A DNA stretch of 64,000 nt from a virus, in IMG/VR virus record IMGVR_UViG_3300037313_000284, positions 76,865 to 140,864 of that record; one strand, given 5' to 3'. This document shows, in pieces, positions 36,263 to 45,431 of this stretch. Under the pieces are notes generated by a model. It was not told where the DNA came from and made no database searches. It worked only from the letters and a program-made list of their open reading frames with translations. A program made the position numbers and the translations under genes. Positions within the stretch are counted from its first letter, which is position 1; each line of letters starts with the position of its first letter.

Positions 36263-37012
36263 TCAGCGTTTGATCGCCTTGAAGTACAAAGCGTCTTCGG
36301 GACGCGCGAGGCCTTCTGCGCGCAGACGCCCCTCGTGCTGCTTCACCCAAATCTTGCCGGGGCGCTTGGGAACCGACTCTTGCTTATTAAAGCTAGTATT
36401 AACATTTTCCGCTACCCACACGTCGGTTCGACCGGGAGTGATCCACCCGAGGCTTTTACCATTGAGCCCCGGTTCGCGTGCGGTAGCCGTTGTCTGGCAC
36501 ATCGAACCGCTGCACTCAAAGCCGCGATGATGCACAAGCTGATACTCGCTACTAACCGGACGCAACAGGATCGCCAGTAGGCTATTCCAATCGCGGTAAC
36601 GCATACCGTCCGGGTTATCCGGATTTGGCTTCGTGTGGTAGAGCGGGCGAGTTAGCATAACCTCGACCGTCGTTCCGACGGGAGGTGCCATGCAATCGTT
36701 CTCGAAAAAGCACAGTTGCTTGTCGATGAACGCTACCACCTTGCCGGGCTTTTTGTTACTAGCTACCGCCGTAACGAACAACGGTTCGTATTCGTACGGG
36801 ATGCCCGCTGCCGCCAGCGCAGCGCGGTCGCAATCGACGCACGACAAGTCCATGCCCTTGCCTTCGTACCTCAGGTGCGCATCGCACACGCTGTATGTCC
36901 TGCCAGGAATGCGCTTCCCGATCTGCAAGCAGATACTAGGATTGGTTTCGGTCTCACAGCCTCGGCACTTCACACCAAATTCGCCGTGGAAGGTGCAGTA
37001 GTTATTAGGCAT
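36263..37012 (-). CDS. Cys-rich hypothetical protein
   Basis: AGGAG RBS; several CxxC/CxxH pairs. Confidence 0.75.
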   Translation of the reverse strand: MPNNYCTFHGEFGVKCRGCETETNPSICLQIGKRIPGRTYSVCDAHLRYEGKGMDLSCVDCDRAALAAAGIPYEYEPLFVTAVASNKKPGKVVAFIDKQLCFFENDCMAPPVGTTVEVMLTRPLYHTKPNPDNPDGMRYRDWNSLLAILLRPVSSEYQLVHHRGFECSGSMCQTTATAREPGLNGKSLGWITPGRTDVWVAENVNTSFNKQESVPKRPGKIWVKQHEGRLRAEGLARPEDALYFKAIKR

Positions 37013-37061
37013 TGCTAGTCTCCTACGTCTTACGTCGATACGGGCGAGATTGCCCTACTAA

Positions 37062-37508
37062 TTAAACGTGATACACAACGCCCAACGGTTTCAATTGCTC
37101 GAAACGCGTGTAGCGGAACTTATACCACTGTGACGGGTCGTACACCTTCCCATCACGTACTAACACGCAATGAAGCGTGTCCGCCTCGAACCAACTACGG
37201 CTAGGAACCAAGTGAATGCCGTTGCGGTTGCGCACGCGGTTACGAACACGAATGCGAGCGTCGATATCGTCGGGATTATACTTCTCCGGCCAATGCCAAC
37301 GCACTTGCTGATCGAGTGCCTTCATAGTCGCTACTATCTGTGGGAAACGAAGCCCGCAGATAATATCGTCCGGCTCTTCGAACGGCACGAAATCCTCAAC
37401 GTGTTCGTAGTCGAGTCCCGTAGCCATCGCTATGCAACAAATCGCGCAATCGGCTGCACGACGTTGATAGACCATTTTAATATCAGGTTGTAGCCACGTC
37501 CACATCAT
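37062..37508 (-). CDS. papain-fold C39-like cysteine peptidase (paralog of 22447-22959)
   Basis: QRRAADCAICCIAM, HCVLVRDG, VYDP. Confidence 0.7.
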   Translation of the reverse strand: MMWTWLQPDIKMVYQRRAADCAICCIAMATGLDYEHVEDFVPFEEPDDIICGLRFPQIVATMKALDQQVRWHWPEKYNPDDIDARIRVRNRVRNRNGIHLVPSRSWFEADTLHCVLVRDGKVYDPSQWYKFRYTRFEQLKPLGVVYHV

Positions 37509-37530
37509 TAAATCCCGGCGTTTGTTCGAT

Positions 37531-37677
37531 TCAAATTTCTTGCCAGTTTGTCTTGCACTTAGGGCAAGAAATTTCGTCGCGCCAATGGGTCTCACTCGCT
37601 GTGTGATACTTGCGATGAGCAATAATGCAAATCGCCCCGCTAATTAGCTTGCTAACAGCAAGAATAACTTTTCGCAT
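37531..37677 (-). CDS. 48-aa Zn-binding peptide (not in ORF track)
   Basis: MRKVIL...C...H...CPKC; first gene after promoter, AGGAG RBS. Confidence 0.5.
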   Translation of the reverse strand: MRKVILAVSKLISGAICIIAHRKYHTASETHWRDEISCPKCKTNWQEI

Positions 37678-37770
37678 GTCCCGAATCTCCTATGGTATGT
37701 GGTCAGAGGGGATTGCGCCCTCTACGAACTCGATGCGATCATCGTCTCCGTCGTGCAGCGCCATGCTTAG

Positions 37771-37799
37771 ATTTTAGACGCATAGCGGCGCTATGTCAA
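37771..37799 (-). promoter_or_regulatory. sigma70-type early promoter
   Basis: TTGACA-N17-TAAAAT. Confidence 0.8.
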
Positions 37800-37818
37800 A
37801 TCGCCTAGGCCACAACGC

Positions 37819-37851
37819 AAAACGCCCGCCTTCGTACGAAGGCGGGCGTTT
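37819..37851 (-). terminator. intrinsic terminator
   Basis: AAACGCCCGCCTTCG/CGAAGGCGGGCGTTT. Confidence 0.85.
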
Positions 37852-37852
37852 G

Positions 37853-38578
37853 TTATGCGATTCGTGTGCGACGTTTACGTAAGGCCGCTCCAACGAAACC
37901 CATTCCTACGATTAGTAAGGCCCAAGTCTGAGGTTCAGGCACAGGCGTAGTAGGCGGGCCAGTAGGTGGTTCCGTCGGCGGGTTTCCTCCTGGTGGTTCC
38001 GGGTTATTAGGAGGATTCACCGGAGGATTTGGCGGGTTAGGTCTGATAACCGGCGGCTCCGGCATGACAGGTGGATTAGGATTAATTACCGGAGGTTCCG
38101 GATTAGTAGGCGGACCGACCGGTGGCGAAACCGGTGGCTTACCACCAACACCCACGCCGCCATCGCTACCACCTATTCCACCGCCAACCGGGAAATTATT
38201 ATCATCGGGAAGGAACGTCAATCCTTGCTTAACGGGAACCGGAGGCGGCACGGCTGGGATATCACCCAGCACCGGAGGAAGACCGTCAAAGATAATAGCG
38301 GTCATGTAAACCGGGGCCGGGTTTAAATGGCATGCGAAGCGCCATTGAGCGGTTTCTATTTCCCTAATCGGGTCGATGCGAATACGCACCGCACGATAGC
38401 CGTAACGAGACTTAGCGGGCGCTCTAGCCGCCGCAGGTTTAGCGCGAGCGGGACGAGCCTTACGCGGCGGTTCCTTGACCCAGCATTCGGTTTCCCGAAT
38501 CGGTTGCGCTTGAGCGCTGCCAGCGGCCAGCAATCCCGTTACTAATCCCATAAAGACAATGTTGCGCAACTGGCGCAT
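37853..38578 (-). CDS. Pro-rich PEPxxWA-CTERM surface protein
   Basis: Signal peptide, PPV/PNP repeats, VPEPQTWALLIVGMGFVGAALRKRR. Confidence 0.9.
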   Translation of the reverse strand: MRQLRNIVFMGLVTGLLAAGSAQAQPIRETECWVKEPPRKARPARAKPAAARAPAKSRYGYRAVRIRIDPIREIETAQWRFACHLNPAPVYMTAIIFDGLPPVLGDIPAVPPPVPVKQGLTFLPDDNNFPVGGGIGGSDGGVGVGGKPPVSPPVGPPTNPEPPVINPNPPVMPEPPVIRPNPPNPPVNPPNNPEPPGGNPPTEPPTGPPTTPVPEPQTWALLIVGMGFVGAALRKRRTRIA

Positions 38579-38630
38579 GGCTAGCCCCTTCTGTGTTTGG
38601 CGGCGCTTAAAAATTAGCCGTCAGATTTTA

Positions 38631-38903
38631 CTAGTCGTCTTCATCCTCGTCTTCGTCTTCATCGGTTTCCTCGTACTGTTCAATCAAGCTTTCGATTTCG
38701 GCTTGTTGTGCCAGCAACGTGGATTTAATAGACGGTTTGAACACGTCGAAGAGTTCCATGAACGCGACGTAACTCTTTTTAGTAAGTTGCAAGTCGCGCA
38801 TTTCAACTTCCTCACCGCGCCTCACCTTCTTCAGGGTCGCGCGAATGCGGTTGTACATTTCTTCCCGCTTTTCGGCAGGCGTGAGCGTTCTTTGTTTTGG
38901 CAT
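38631..38903 (-). CDS. hypothetical protein with acidic tail
   Basis: AGGGG RBS. Confidence 0.7.
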   Translation of the reverse strand: MPKQRTLTPAEKREEMYNRIRATLKKVRRGEEVEMRDLQLTKKSYVAFMELFDVFKPSIKSTLLAQQAEIESLIEQYEETDEDEDEDEDD

Positions 38904-39064
38904 TTAATAACCCCTGTCCCTTGATCTTGAGGTTCATATTGTAGCACGCCTTGGCCCTCAACGCAAAAGAGCCCCTTGCGGGGCTCTAGCAATGCCATTG
39001 TGTATTTCCTGTCCAAGGTGCCACTAGAAGAGGCGTTACTAATCACCGCCTCTTCCGCTGGAAT

Positions 39065-39529
39065 CTAGGCGAAGGTCTTTTGCGCGTTCAGCAAGGCCAT
39101 CTGAAGGTTATGGCCCTTCTCGCATTCCTTGTAGCCGAATTCAACAGCTACAGCTAGGTTACTATTCGGGCCAGTATCTTGTGCGTTCTTTTGCCACCTG
39201 TCGCGGTCCTTGCAGACCATGGCGTAAGCCCATGCCGTGGGCCGCGTCCACGTGGTTTCCGTTTCCCGATCAAACCAACGGTACTTGTCGTCTTCACGGT
39301 CAATAACCTGCACGTCAACGCCCGTAACATCAAACGCCATGATCGGGGAAGGCATTGGGCTACGTTCGGTCGGCAGTGCGACAACTTGAACACGGCTCCA
39401 TTCACCGTGTTGGATCGCCATTGCGACGCGATGATCAAATACCTCGCGTGCTTGATAGATCGTTTCGACTTCTACGCTCTTAAGGCAAGCGTCCGCGCCG
39501 CCGCGTTCTGCAATTACTAGAAAGGTCAT
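39065..39529 (-). CDS. hypothetical early protein
   Basis: AGGAG RBS. Confidence 0.7.
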   Translation of the reverse strand: MTFLVIAERGGADACLKSVEVETIYQAREVFDHRVAMAIQHGEWSRVQVVALPTERSPMPSPIMAFDVTGVDVQVIDREDDKYRWFDRETETTWTRPTAWAYAMVCKDRDRWQKNAQDTGPNSNLAVAVEFGYKECEKGHNLQMALLNAQKTFA

Positions 39530-39544
39530 TTAGTAATCTCCTAA

Positions 39545-39590
39545 AGAGTCCGATGTGAGAGGCGTTGAGGTAGCCACCTCTCAGGCCGGA
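39545..39590 (-). repeat. conserved 46-nt leader hairpin, copy 1
   Basis: Homologous to 40300-40345 with compensatory stem changes. Confidence 0.75.
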
Positions 39591-39610
39591 GCCTTACGCG
39601 AGACTTTCCG

Positions 39611-39775
39611 CTAGCAAAAACGCACCACACGCAAGGAAGACCTAACAGAGTGTTGTTCTCGCGTGCGGTTCATGACTGCTATGGCAAGTTCTATTTCGTT
39701 TTCGTTGTACTCCATTATCGGATGCCAACTGTTAGTAAGTCGATTATAGGATTCGATTCGGATTGGTTTGTCCAT
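39611..39775 (-). CDS. small hypothetical protein
   Basis: Start MDKPIR overlaps the upstream stop. Confidence 0.55.
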   Translation of the reverse strand: MDKPIRIESYNRLTNSWHPIMEYNENEIELAIAVMNRTREQHSVRSSLRVVRFC

Positions 39776-40005
39776 TAGTGAAACGTGTCCTCTAATTCCT
39801 TGCGGGCTTCGCGGTAGGCGCAGACGCCGCTGTTGTAGCCGCACCACGGCCCCATATTCGTTTCGTGCGTGCCTTCCGGCGCGTTTGCGTGAAGCTCACC
39901 GGCTTCCTCGTCGCGCCAGCCCGCGAGGAACCAACGGCGATTTTCGTCGTGTTCCGGTCCCCAATCGTTCGCAGCGGCGATCATGCTTTGATAGTTGAGT
40001 TGCAT
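39775..40005 (-). CDS. small hypothetical early protein
   Basis: Operon packing. Confidence 0.65.
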   Translation of the reverse strand: MQLNYQSMIAAANDWGPEHDENRRWFLAGWRDEEAGELHANAPEGTHETNMGPWCGYNSGVCAYREARKELEDTFH

Positions 40006-40009
40006 GTTA

Positions 40010-40285
40010 TTAATCTTCCAAATGGGAAGGGTCTAAGCCCACGTGGGCAATAAGCTCGGAGATAGTTGGCGGCTTGTGATCACCGTCAACGTAGTCTTCA
40101 TACTTGGAGCCGTAGACGCTGGCTTTCTCTTGCATCATTTCGCAAGTGATAGCGCGAAGATCAGGCGGCATCTTCATAATCTGTTCGGCGCAGAGTTTGC
40201 TAAACGCCTCCCAAAATTCGTTGCCGACTTCGTGCAATCGCACGGCTTCGTCTTCAGTCATTGTGTAGCGTTGTGCCACGGACAT
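40010..40285 (-). CDS. small hypothetical early protein
   Basis: GAAGG RBS; N-terminus (YTMTEDEAVRLH) resembles 40348-40611 (YAMSEEQARRIH). Confidence 0.7.
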   Translation of the reverse strand: MSVAQRYTMTEDEAVRLHEVGNEFWEAFSKLCAEQIMKMPPDLRAITCEMMQEKASVYGSKYEDYVDGDHKPPTISELIAHVGLDPSHLED

Positions 40286-40299
40286 TTTACTAACCTTCT

Positions 40300-40345
40300 A
40301 GAGTCCAATGGAAAGAGCGTTGGGGTAGCCGCTCTTTCGGTTGGG
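40300..40345 (-). repeat. conserved 46-nt leader hairpin, copy 2
   Basis: GAAAGAGCG-GCTACCCCAA-CGCTCTTTC on minus strand. Confidence 0.75.
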
Positions 40346-40347
40346 TC

Positions 40348-40611
40348 CTAGCTGCGGCTGTCGGCGACCGTCTCGGTCGTCACCAGCGGCTTACCGCAGT
40401 ATTTAGCAATATCGTACTTGGCGTCGATATTAAACGCCGCGAAGATCGCCTGTTGCGCCCGTAGTTCCTTGACGCACTCTTGGGCCTTTTCCAGATTGCC
40501 CTGCTCGACATACATCGCCGTATGGTTCTTGAGGGCGAACATTTCGCTTTCGGCCAGCTTGTGGATGCGGCGAGCCTGTTCTTCGCTCATGGCGTAGTTG
40601 AAGGTGGTCAT
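40348..40611 (-). CDS. small hypothetical early protein
   Basis: First gene after a TTGACA promoter. Confidence 0.75.
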   Translation of the reverse strand: MTTFNYAMSEEQARRIHKLAESEMFALKNHTAMYVEQGNLEKAQECVKELRAQQAIFAAFNIDAKYDIAKYCGKPLVTTETVADSRS

Positions 40612-40650
40612 CGTCTCGGTTCCCTCGGGGCCAATTCCCCTCTGTCCTTA

Positions 40651-40679
40651 GTCTTAAGGCCTAACGAATCGCCTGTCAA
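40651..40679 (-). promoter_or_regulatory. sigma70-type early promoter
   Basis: TTGACA-N17-TAAGAC. Confidence 0.65.
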
Positions 40680-40689
40680 GCTCCCTAAC

Positions 40690-40724
40690 AAAAGAAAATC
40701 CGCCCACGGTTAGGAGGGCGGATT
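40690..40724 (-). terminator. intrinsic terminator
   Basis: AATCCGCCC/GGGCGGATT plus U-tract. Confidence 0.75.
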
Positions 40725-40731
40725 GTTAGGC

Positions 40732-41418
40732 CTAATCGTAAAGAGAGATAGACTTCTCTTTCCTAGCTAGATTGAGCGCAGCCCTACGTTTACGTTCGTT
40801 AGCTTTAAGGCTTTTAGCTTCGCCTTCCGCAATTCGCGCGCGTTCCAGAAGTTTGTTCGCGTTTACTAACCTATCGGCGGCTACGGATTGCCACTGCGTC
40901 ATCAGATCGTGTAGCGCGGCCATTACGTAAACGTCGTCTAGCCAAAGCAGGCGCTTCCAATCAACGTCGTACATCGGCACGACCACACCAATATGCACGT
41001 TGAGTTTTCCGGCAGTCTGCGGAATGCGCTTTAGCCATATTAACCGCATGACTTCTCTACGCGCACCGTAGTTCACATAAATGAGACTACCGGGCTCTGC
41101 GACTGCACCGGTATTCCAAACGTTGCCGCTAATAACATAGCCACCGTAGGGGATATCACCCATATGGTTCACGCACATGACAACGCCAAGGTTGTCGGCA
41201 GCGCAATCGGCAACGGCCAACGCGTCAGCGCGTATCATGCCACGAGCTAGTACGTGGTCAGTTTCCTTGACGAAATCTTCTTTAATAATTCTTACTTCGC
41301 TCGGATGCGTGAGCATTATGCGGCGGTCGATCACCACAGCCCAATTGCATTCTTGGGGTTTCGGTAAAAATTCCCGTGCGAGTGAGATTGTGAACTTCTT
41401 ATTAGGTGGGTTCTTCAT
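40732..41418 (-). CDS. hypothetical protein
   Basis: 228-aa ORF, coupled start/stop. Confidence 0.7.
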   Translation of the reverse strand: MKNPPNKKFTISLAREFLPKPQECNWAVVIDRRIMLTHPSEVRIIKEDFVKETDHVLARGMIRADALAVADCAADNLGVVMCVNHMGDIPYGGYVISGNVWNTGAVAEPGSLIYVNYGARREVMRLIWLKRIPQTAGKLNVHIGVVVPMYDVDWKRLLWLDDVYVMAALHDLMTQWQSVAADRLVNANKLLERARIAEGEAKSLKANERKRRAALNLARKEKSISLYD

Positions 41419-41960
41419 GAACTATATGTCCCTTTGCCGCGTTTGAATGTGCCATCCGGCCAGATAATAACCCAACGTATGCCACGTTGTTTCGCGTAAC
41501 GCCACGTCGCCCAGGTTCCTGAACGAATGCGTTCATACGTCGTGTTGGGCATTACTAGTAACTCACTTACCGCGCCCACGATATCACGGTTACGTTCGAT
41601 ATAGGGCTTTGGTAGTTCCGTCTTGTCGCCCTTCATGAAGGCTCGCAACCTATCGTCTATCGGAGGGTGCACGTGAGTTTTATAACCCAGGATCGTAGCT
41701 AGGTTGTGCGCAATCTCATCACCTTCCAGGCAATCACCGTGGTGGAACCACGCCTCTTGATGCAGAGAGAAACATTCAGCAAGACGTTTTGACGTGCTCA
41801 ACTTGTCGATAAGGGTTATTAATTGCGCGTACGTAGGCGGTTCACGAGACGCGGTGATTCCGACATGATGTTGATATTTCGTCATCATCCTAGTCTGACA
41901 TGAAGGTGGGAGCTTCGCGTTCAAATCCGTAATGCTGCCAATAGGCTTCACTCTCAGCAT
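41415..41960 (-). CDS. SLOG-superfamily (YspA/DprA-like) nucleotide-processing protein
   Basis: VGITASR, HHGDCLEGD, HPP, ERNRDIV, RSGTWAT.RYA; true start likely near 41888. Confidence 0.75.
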   Translation of the reverse strand: MLRVKPIGSITDLNAKLPPSCQTRMMTKYQHHVGITASREPPTYAQLITLIDKLSTSKRLAECFSLHQEAWFHHGDCLEGDEIAHNLATILGYKTHVHPPIDDRLRAFMKGDKTELPKPYIERNRDIVGAVSELLVMPNTTYERIRSGTWATWRYAKQRGIRWVIIWPDGTFKRGKGTYSS

Positions 41961-42163
41961 CGGGGATCAATGGGTCTCTAGTAGCCTCGTACGGGAGTTT
42001 GCTAGGTTGACCACGTGACCACTGATCGTTGTCACGATGTACCCAAAGATAATTGGCGTGCTCCGTCTTGAGGAATTCATGCAGAGGCATCCGACAAAAT
42101 GCGAACTTGGCTTGCGTGGGCTTATCAAAATGATCTTCCAACACCATATCTACCCTTATGTCA

Positions 42164-43117
42164 TTATAATAACTCGAACTTAGTACCTTTGACGCCAAAA
42201 CCGATGAAACCCCAATGGCGACGCGGCTTGCCTTTCGGATCACTATCATTAACCACCTTGCGAACGTATTTCGCAGTTCGGTTACTATGTGTGACCGTGT
42301 AGCTCTGGCCTTCAACGTTGGGGCGCGTTTGGCGCATGTGCAAACCAGCCACCTTAGCCGCCACGTATGACAATGTGTTAGGCACACTAGCAGCGAAGGG
42401 TGATTCCGCACCACCGGGAGCGTCATAAACCCAATCGATCATTCCGCCGCCGCGCAACTTCGGTAATCGAACAGGTACAACCGCAGTTAATACGGTGTGC
42501 CTTGGGACGAACGGTAGTAGGTTGCCTTCCTCGCGACACCACCGAAACAAAGCCCGGTGGCTGCAATAAACGTGGACGTGGAAGGTATTAATACGCTGCC
42601 GTTGCTTGTCCTCGCGTTTGGGCGGCAACTCGTCGTGATCGAAGGACCACAACAAATCGAAGTTATTAGCTGTGGCAAACTTCTTCAACTCCTGTAGGTG
42701 CTCAGCTAGCGCGTTCACCTGTTGCGCTGCGGTAAGTTCCACAGCCCCTTTGCCGATGCGGCAAACAAGCGTCGCTTGGTACCTTGTGCGATATACTAAC
42801 CAGCACGTGAACAAGTAGTTGTATACGTTGACACCCCAAGGCATACGAGACAGCGCGCTGCGCAGTGTTTTGAAATCCTGCATAGTTGCCGTATCAATCC
42901 ACTCTAGTAACAGACGCGTATCGTTGCGGTATTTCCGCAGTTGGTTCGGAGCTAACGGCGAGTTGTAATAATTCGCCACGCTCTCTAGCAAGGTGCGCAG
43001 ACCGTACGCTTTATGCCAAACCTCTTTGTCGTCGCGGTCGTTAGAGCGGAACACATGACGAAGGTGGGCGTCAGGGTCTTTCGGTATACGGTATTTCGAT
43101 AGACTAACGCCAGCCAT
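42164..43117 (-). CDS. HUH-endonuclease / Rep-like protein
   Basis: FHVHVY, LSYVAAK, RRHWG. Confidence 0.5.
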   Translation of the reverse strand: MAGVSLSKYRIPKDPDAHLRHVFRSNDRDDKEVWHKAYGLRTLLESVANYYNSPLAPNQLRKYRNDTRLLLEWIDTATMQDFKTLRSALSRMPWGVNVYNYLFTCWLVYRTRYQATLVCRIGKGAVELTAAQQVNALAEHLQELKKFATANNFDLLWSFDHDELPPKREDKQRQRINTFHVHVYCSHRALFRWCREEGNLLPFVPRHTVLTAVVPVRLPKLRGGGMIDWVYDAPGGAESPFAASVPNTLSYVAAKVAGLHMRQTRPNVEGQSYTVTHSNRTAKYVRKVVNDSDPKGKPRRHWGFIGFGVKGTKFELL

Positions 43118-43123
43118 ACAACA

Positions 43124-43516
43124 TCACCATCCGTTAATAATTGTCACCACACCCTTGAACGCAGGAATGTCTTTGTATTCTTCGGGCACGATGTTTTCCG
43201 AGAAGGTCACTATCACCGCTTCAGGGGCGGAGAGAGGTTCAATCTCTTTGAAATCCCAAATTACGTGCTCTTGGCGCTCTTCCGGATAATAATTAATCCG
43301 CGCAGGCAACTCGCTGGGAATGTCCGTGAGTTTGTAGGCGAACAACCAATGCTCTTCACGTGGTTTACGATTTGGATTATCGTCCCCATCCACATGGACA
43401 TAGGTTCCCGCTACGTAGGCATATCTATCGTTGACCTTATTAATTATCCCAACGCAGCCACCTACGTCGACAACGCGTCCTACCAGGGGCTTGAAATGAT
43501 GCATAGTCTCTGACAC
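43124..43516 (-). CDS. hypothetical protein
   Basis: GAGGAG RBS. Confidence 0.7.
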   Translation of the reverse strand: MSETMHHFKPLVGRVVDVGGCVGIINKVNDRYAYVAGTYVHVDGDDNPNRKPREEHWLFAYKLTDIPSELPARINYYPEERQEHVIWDFKEIEPLSAPEAVIVTFSENIVPEEYKDIPAFKGVVTIINGW

Positions 43517-43518
43517 TA

Positions 43519-44451
43519 TTAACTCCTCGGTGTGACGACGTTGCCATAAGTAGTGCGGAACCGAGTTACCGTAGTAACTCTGCGTACTACGATTGCACCC
43601 CCACCTAAGCGCATGACACTACGATTATAGTCTGCAATTTGTTGCGCCCTAACTTCGGTCTTGTGATGCGACCGCAGCCGCCACTTCACGATCTGGAGCA
43701 CATCGCGTTCGAAAACGCCCCATTTATGGTAGCCCCTCATTTACTAACCTTCCCTTTGTTTGCTTTGGCTACAACGTACAGTGCTTTCATTTCCTTGCGG
43801 ATAGTACGTAGCTGTAGCAATTCCGCTTTGAGTGCAATCCTGCGGCGGCGAATCTCTTCATTAATAGCGCCAACGTCGTAACGTCTGCCGCTTCGGCCTG
43901 CGACTCTCGCCTGTAGACCTAACGTTTGCGTGTCCCATTCGCGCATCATGGGAACAGGAGGCACTGCCATTATCGCAACCACCATTTCAAATGCGGCACG
44001 GACTCGAACGGAATTACGAAATACCGATTGGTATTAGTATCGTGAAAAGCCCGCGTAGTGCCGTTGCGATCTTGATAAGGGAATACCCCGGCGACTTCGG
44101 TGTCCATACTAACTGGATCACGACCCTCCCCGTACAGCAGTTCTATAGCGCGATTGAACTCCGCCTCTGTCACTTGAACCGGAATGACCATTAGTAATCT
44201 CCCTGTTAGCCTCTTCCTTTTGAGACCACAACGTAACAACCGCCGTGCTTCGCTAGATACACACTGATCGATTGTAGCGGGTCCAAATCATTCGGCACCT
44301 GTGGGTCTTTATTGGGTATCCACAAATATAGATCACCGTGACCACTATCGATCATATCGCCCAAAGCTGCGTGCAGGGTCTTAACGTTTACTAAGTCTTC
44401 CCCCGCAATTGTCTCAAGATCGAACGTTATGATCGGCATAGGCTCCGACAT
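43519..44451 (-). other. four small hypothetical genes (43519-43740, 43737-43970, 43970-44191, 44206-44451)
   Basis: Tightly packed same-strand ORFs with RBSs. Confidence 0.6.
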
Positions 44452-44454
44452 TCA

Positions 44455-44907
44455 TTAACTCCTAGCGAACAGAGGTGTTGGTGAGAAATCGGTCAGGTCA
44501 TAGACCGATAGGCCGCGCACGTCGTAGCCCATATCGCGCTCGCTATAGGAGATACCAATGTCTCCCATGTTCGACGCCAAGGTCATCCGACACGCCTTGC
44601 CATTATACCTCGCATACGTCTTCACGTCCACTTTGGCCTCTCGGAGGATCATCCCCTCGGTAGCAGGCAAAGTGAGGATTACTAACGTAGCGCGAACGAA
44701 GGCTGGCAGACTATAATCGTGCATAGCGTGTTCAATGCTATGTTTGTATTCGTTGTACGGCGCGTTCGCGAAACTTTCGGTTACTAACTTAGTTGTGTCT
44801 TCATCTTGTTTAAGTCGTTCGCGCGCTTGTACTGGTGTCATGGCTGCGGCACCAGCCGCACTGGCGAGCAAAAGACGCTTTAGGCGATTGCGTTCGCGAT
44901 CATCCAT
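44455..44907 (-). CDS. hypothetical protein
   Basis: Start MDDRER after AAGGA. Confidence 0.65.
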   Translation of the reverse strand: MDDRERNRLKRLLLASAAGAAAMTPVQARERLKQDEDTTKLVTESFANAPYNEYKHSIEHAMHDYSLPAFVRATLVILTLPATEGMILREAKVDVKTYARYNGKACRMTLASNMGDIGISYSERDMGYDVRGLSVYDLTDFSPTPLFARS

Positions 44908-44908
44908 A

Positions 44909-45427
44909 TTAGTAATCCTTCCACTTGTCCCACTCAATGCGGGCGGCTTCTTCGGTGTCGAAGCGTTTTGTCCAACGATGCTCATCCTGTGGGTCGTAGT
45001 TGGTGACTACAAATTGCGGCGGACGCTCAGAGGTTTGCGAAATTACTAATGTGTCACCATTCTTGAGTTTGAGTTCCTCGATTTCGCGATATGCCATGTT
45101 AATAGTCCTCCGGTCGGTCGAAGAGCCCGTTACGAACGTCCTCCCAATATAGCTTGCAGTGAAGGCAGTAGCGTTCGTCTGGCTCAGTCATCGTGTCACA
45201 AGTTTCACACGTCCATGTACGTACTTCTGCGGCTTCGATTTCAGCTTCTCGCACAGAGATTTTCATACGATTTTCTTCTTAATAATTGCGCTGTCGAACT
45301 GTCGATAACCGAGAACGAAATTCACGATGAGTTCGTTCGGTTCGACACTGTGGCTGGGGTAGTTCACAGCCACATGTTCACGTAAAATTTGCGCAACCTG
45401 TTCGCGAGTTAGATGTATGGGTTCCAT
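44909..45427 (-). other. three small genes (44909-45097; 45099-45266 Zn ribbon; 45263-45427)
   Basis: The latter two are below the ORF-track cutoff and were translated by hand; CETC...CLHC; coupled starts and stops. Confidence 0.55.
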
Positions 45428-45431
45428 GTTA

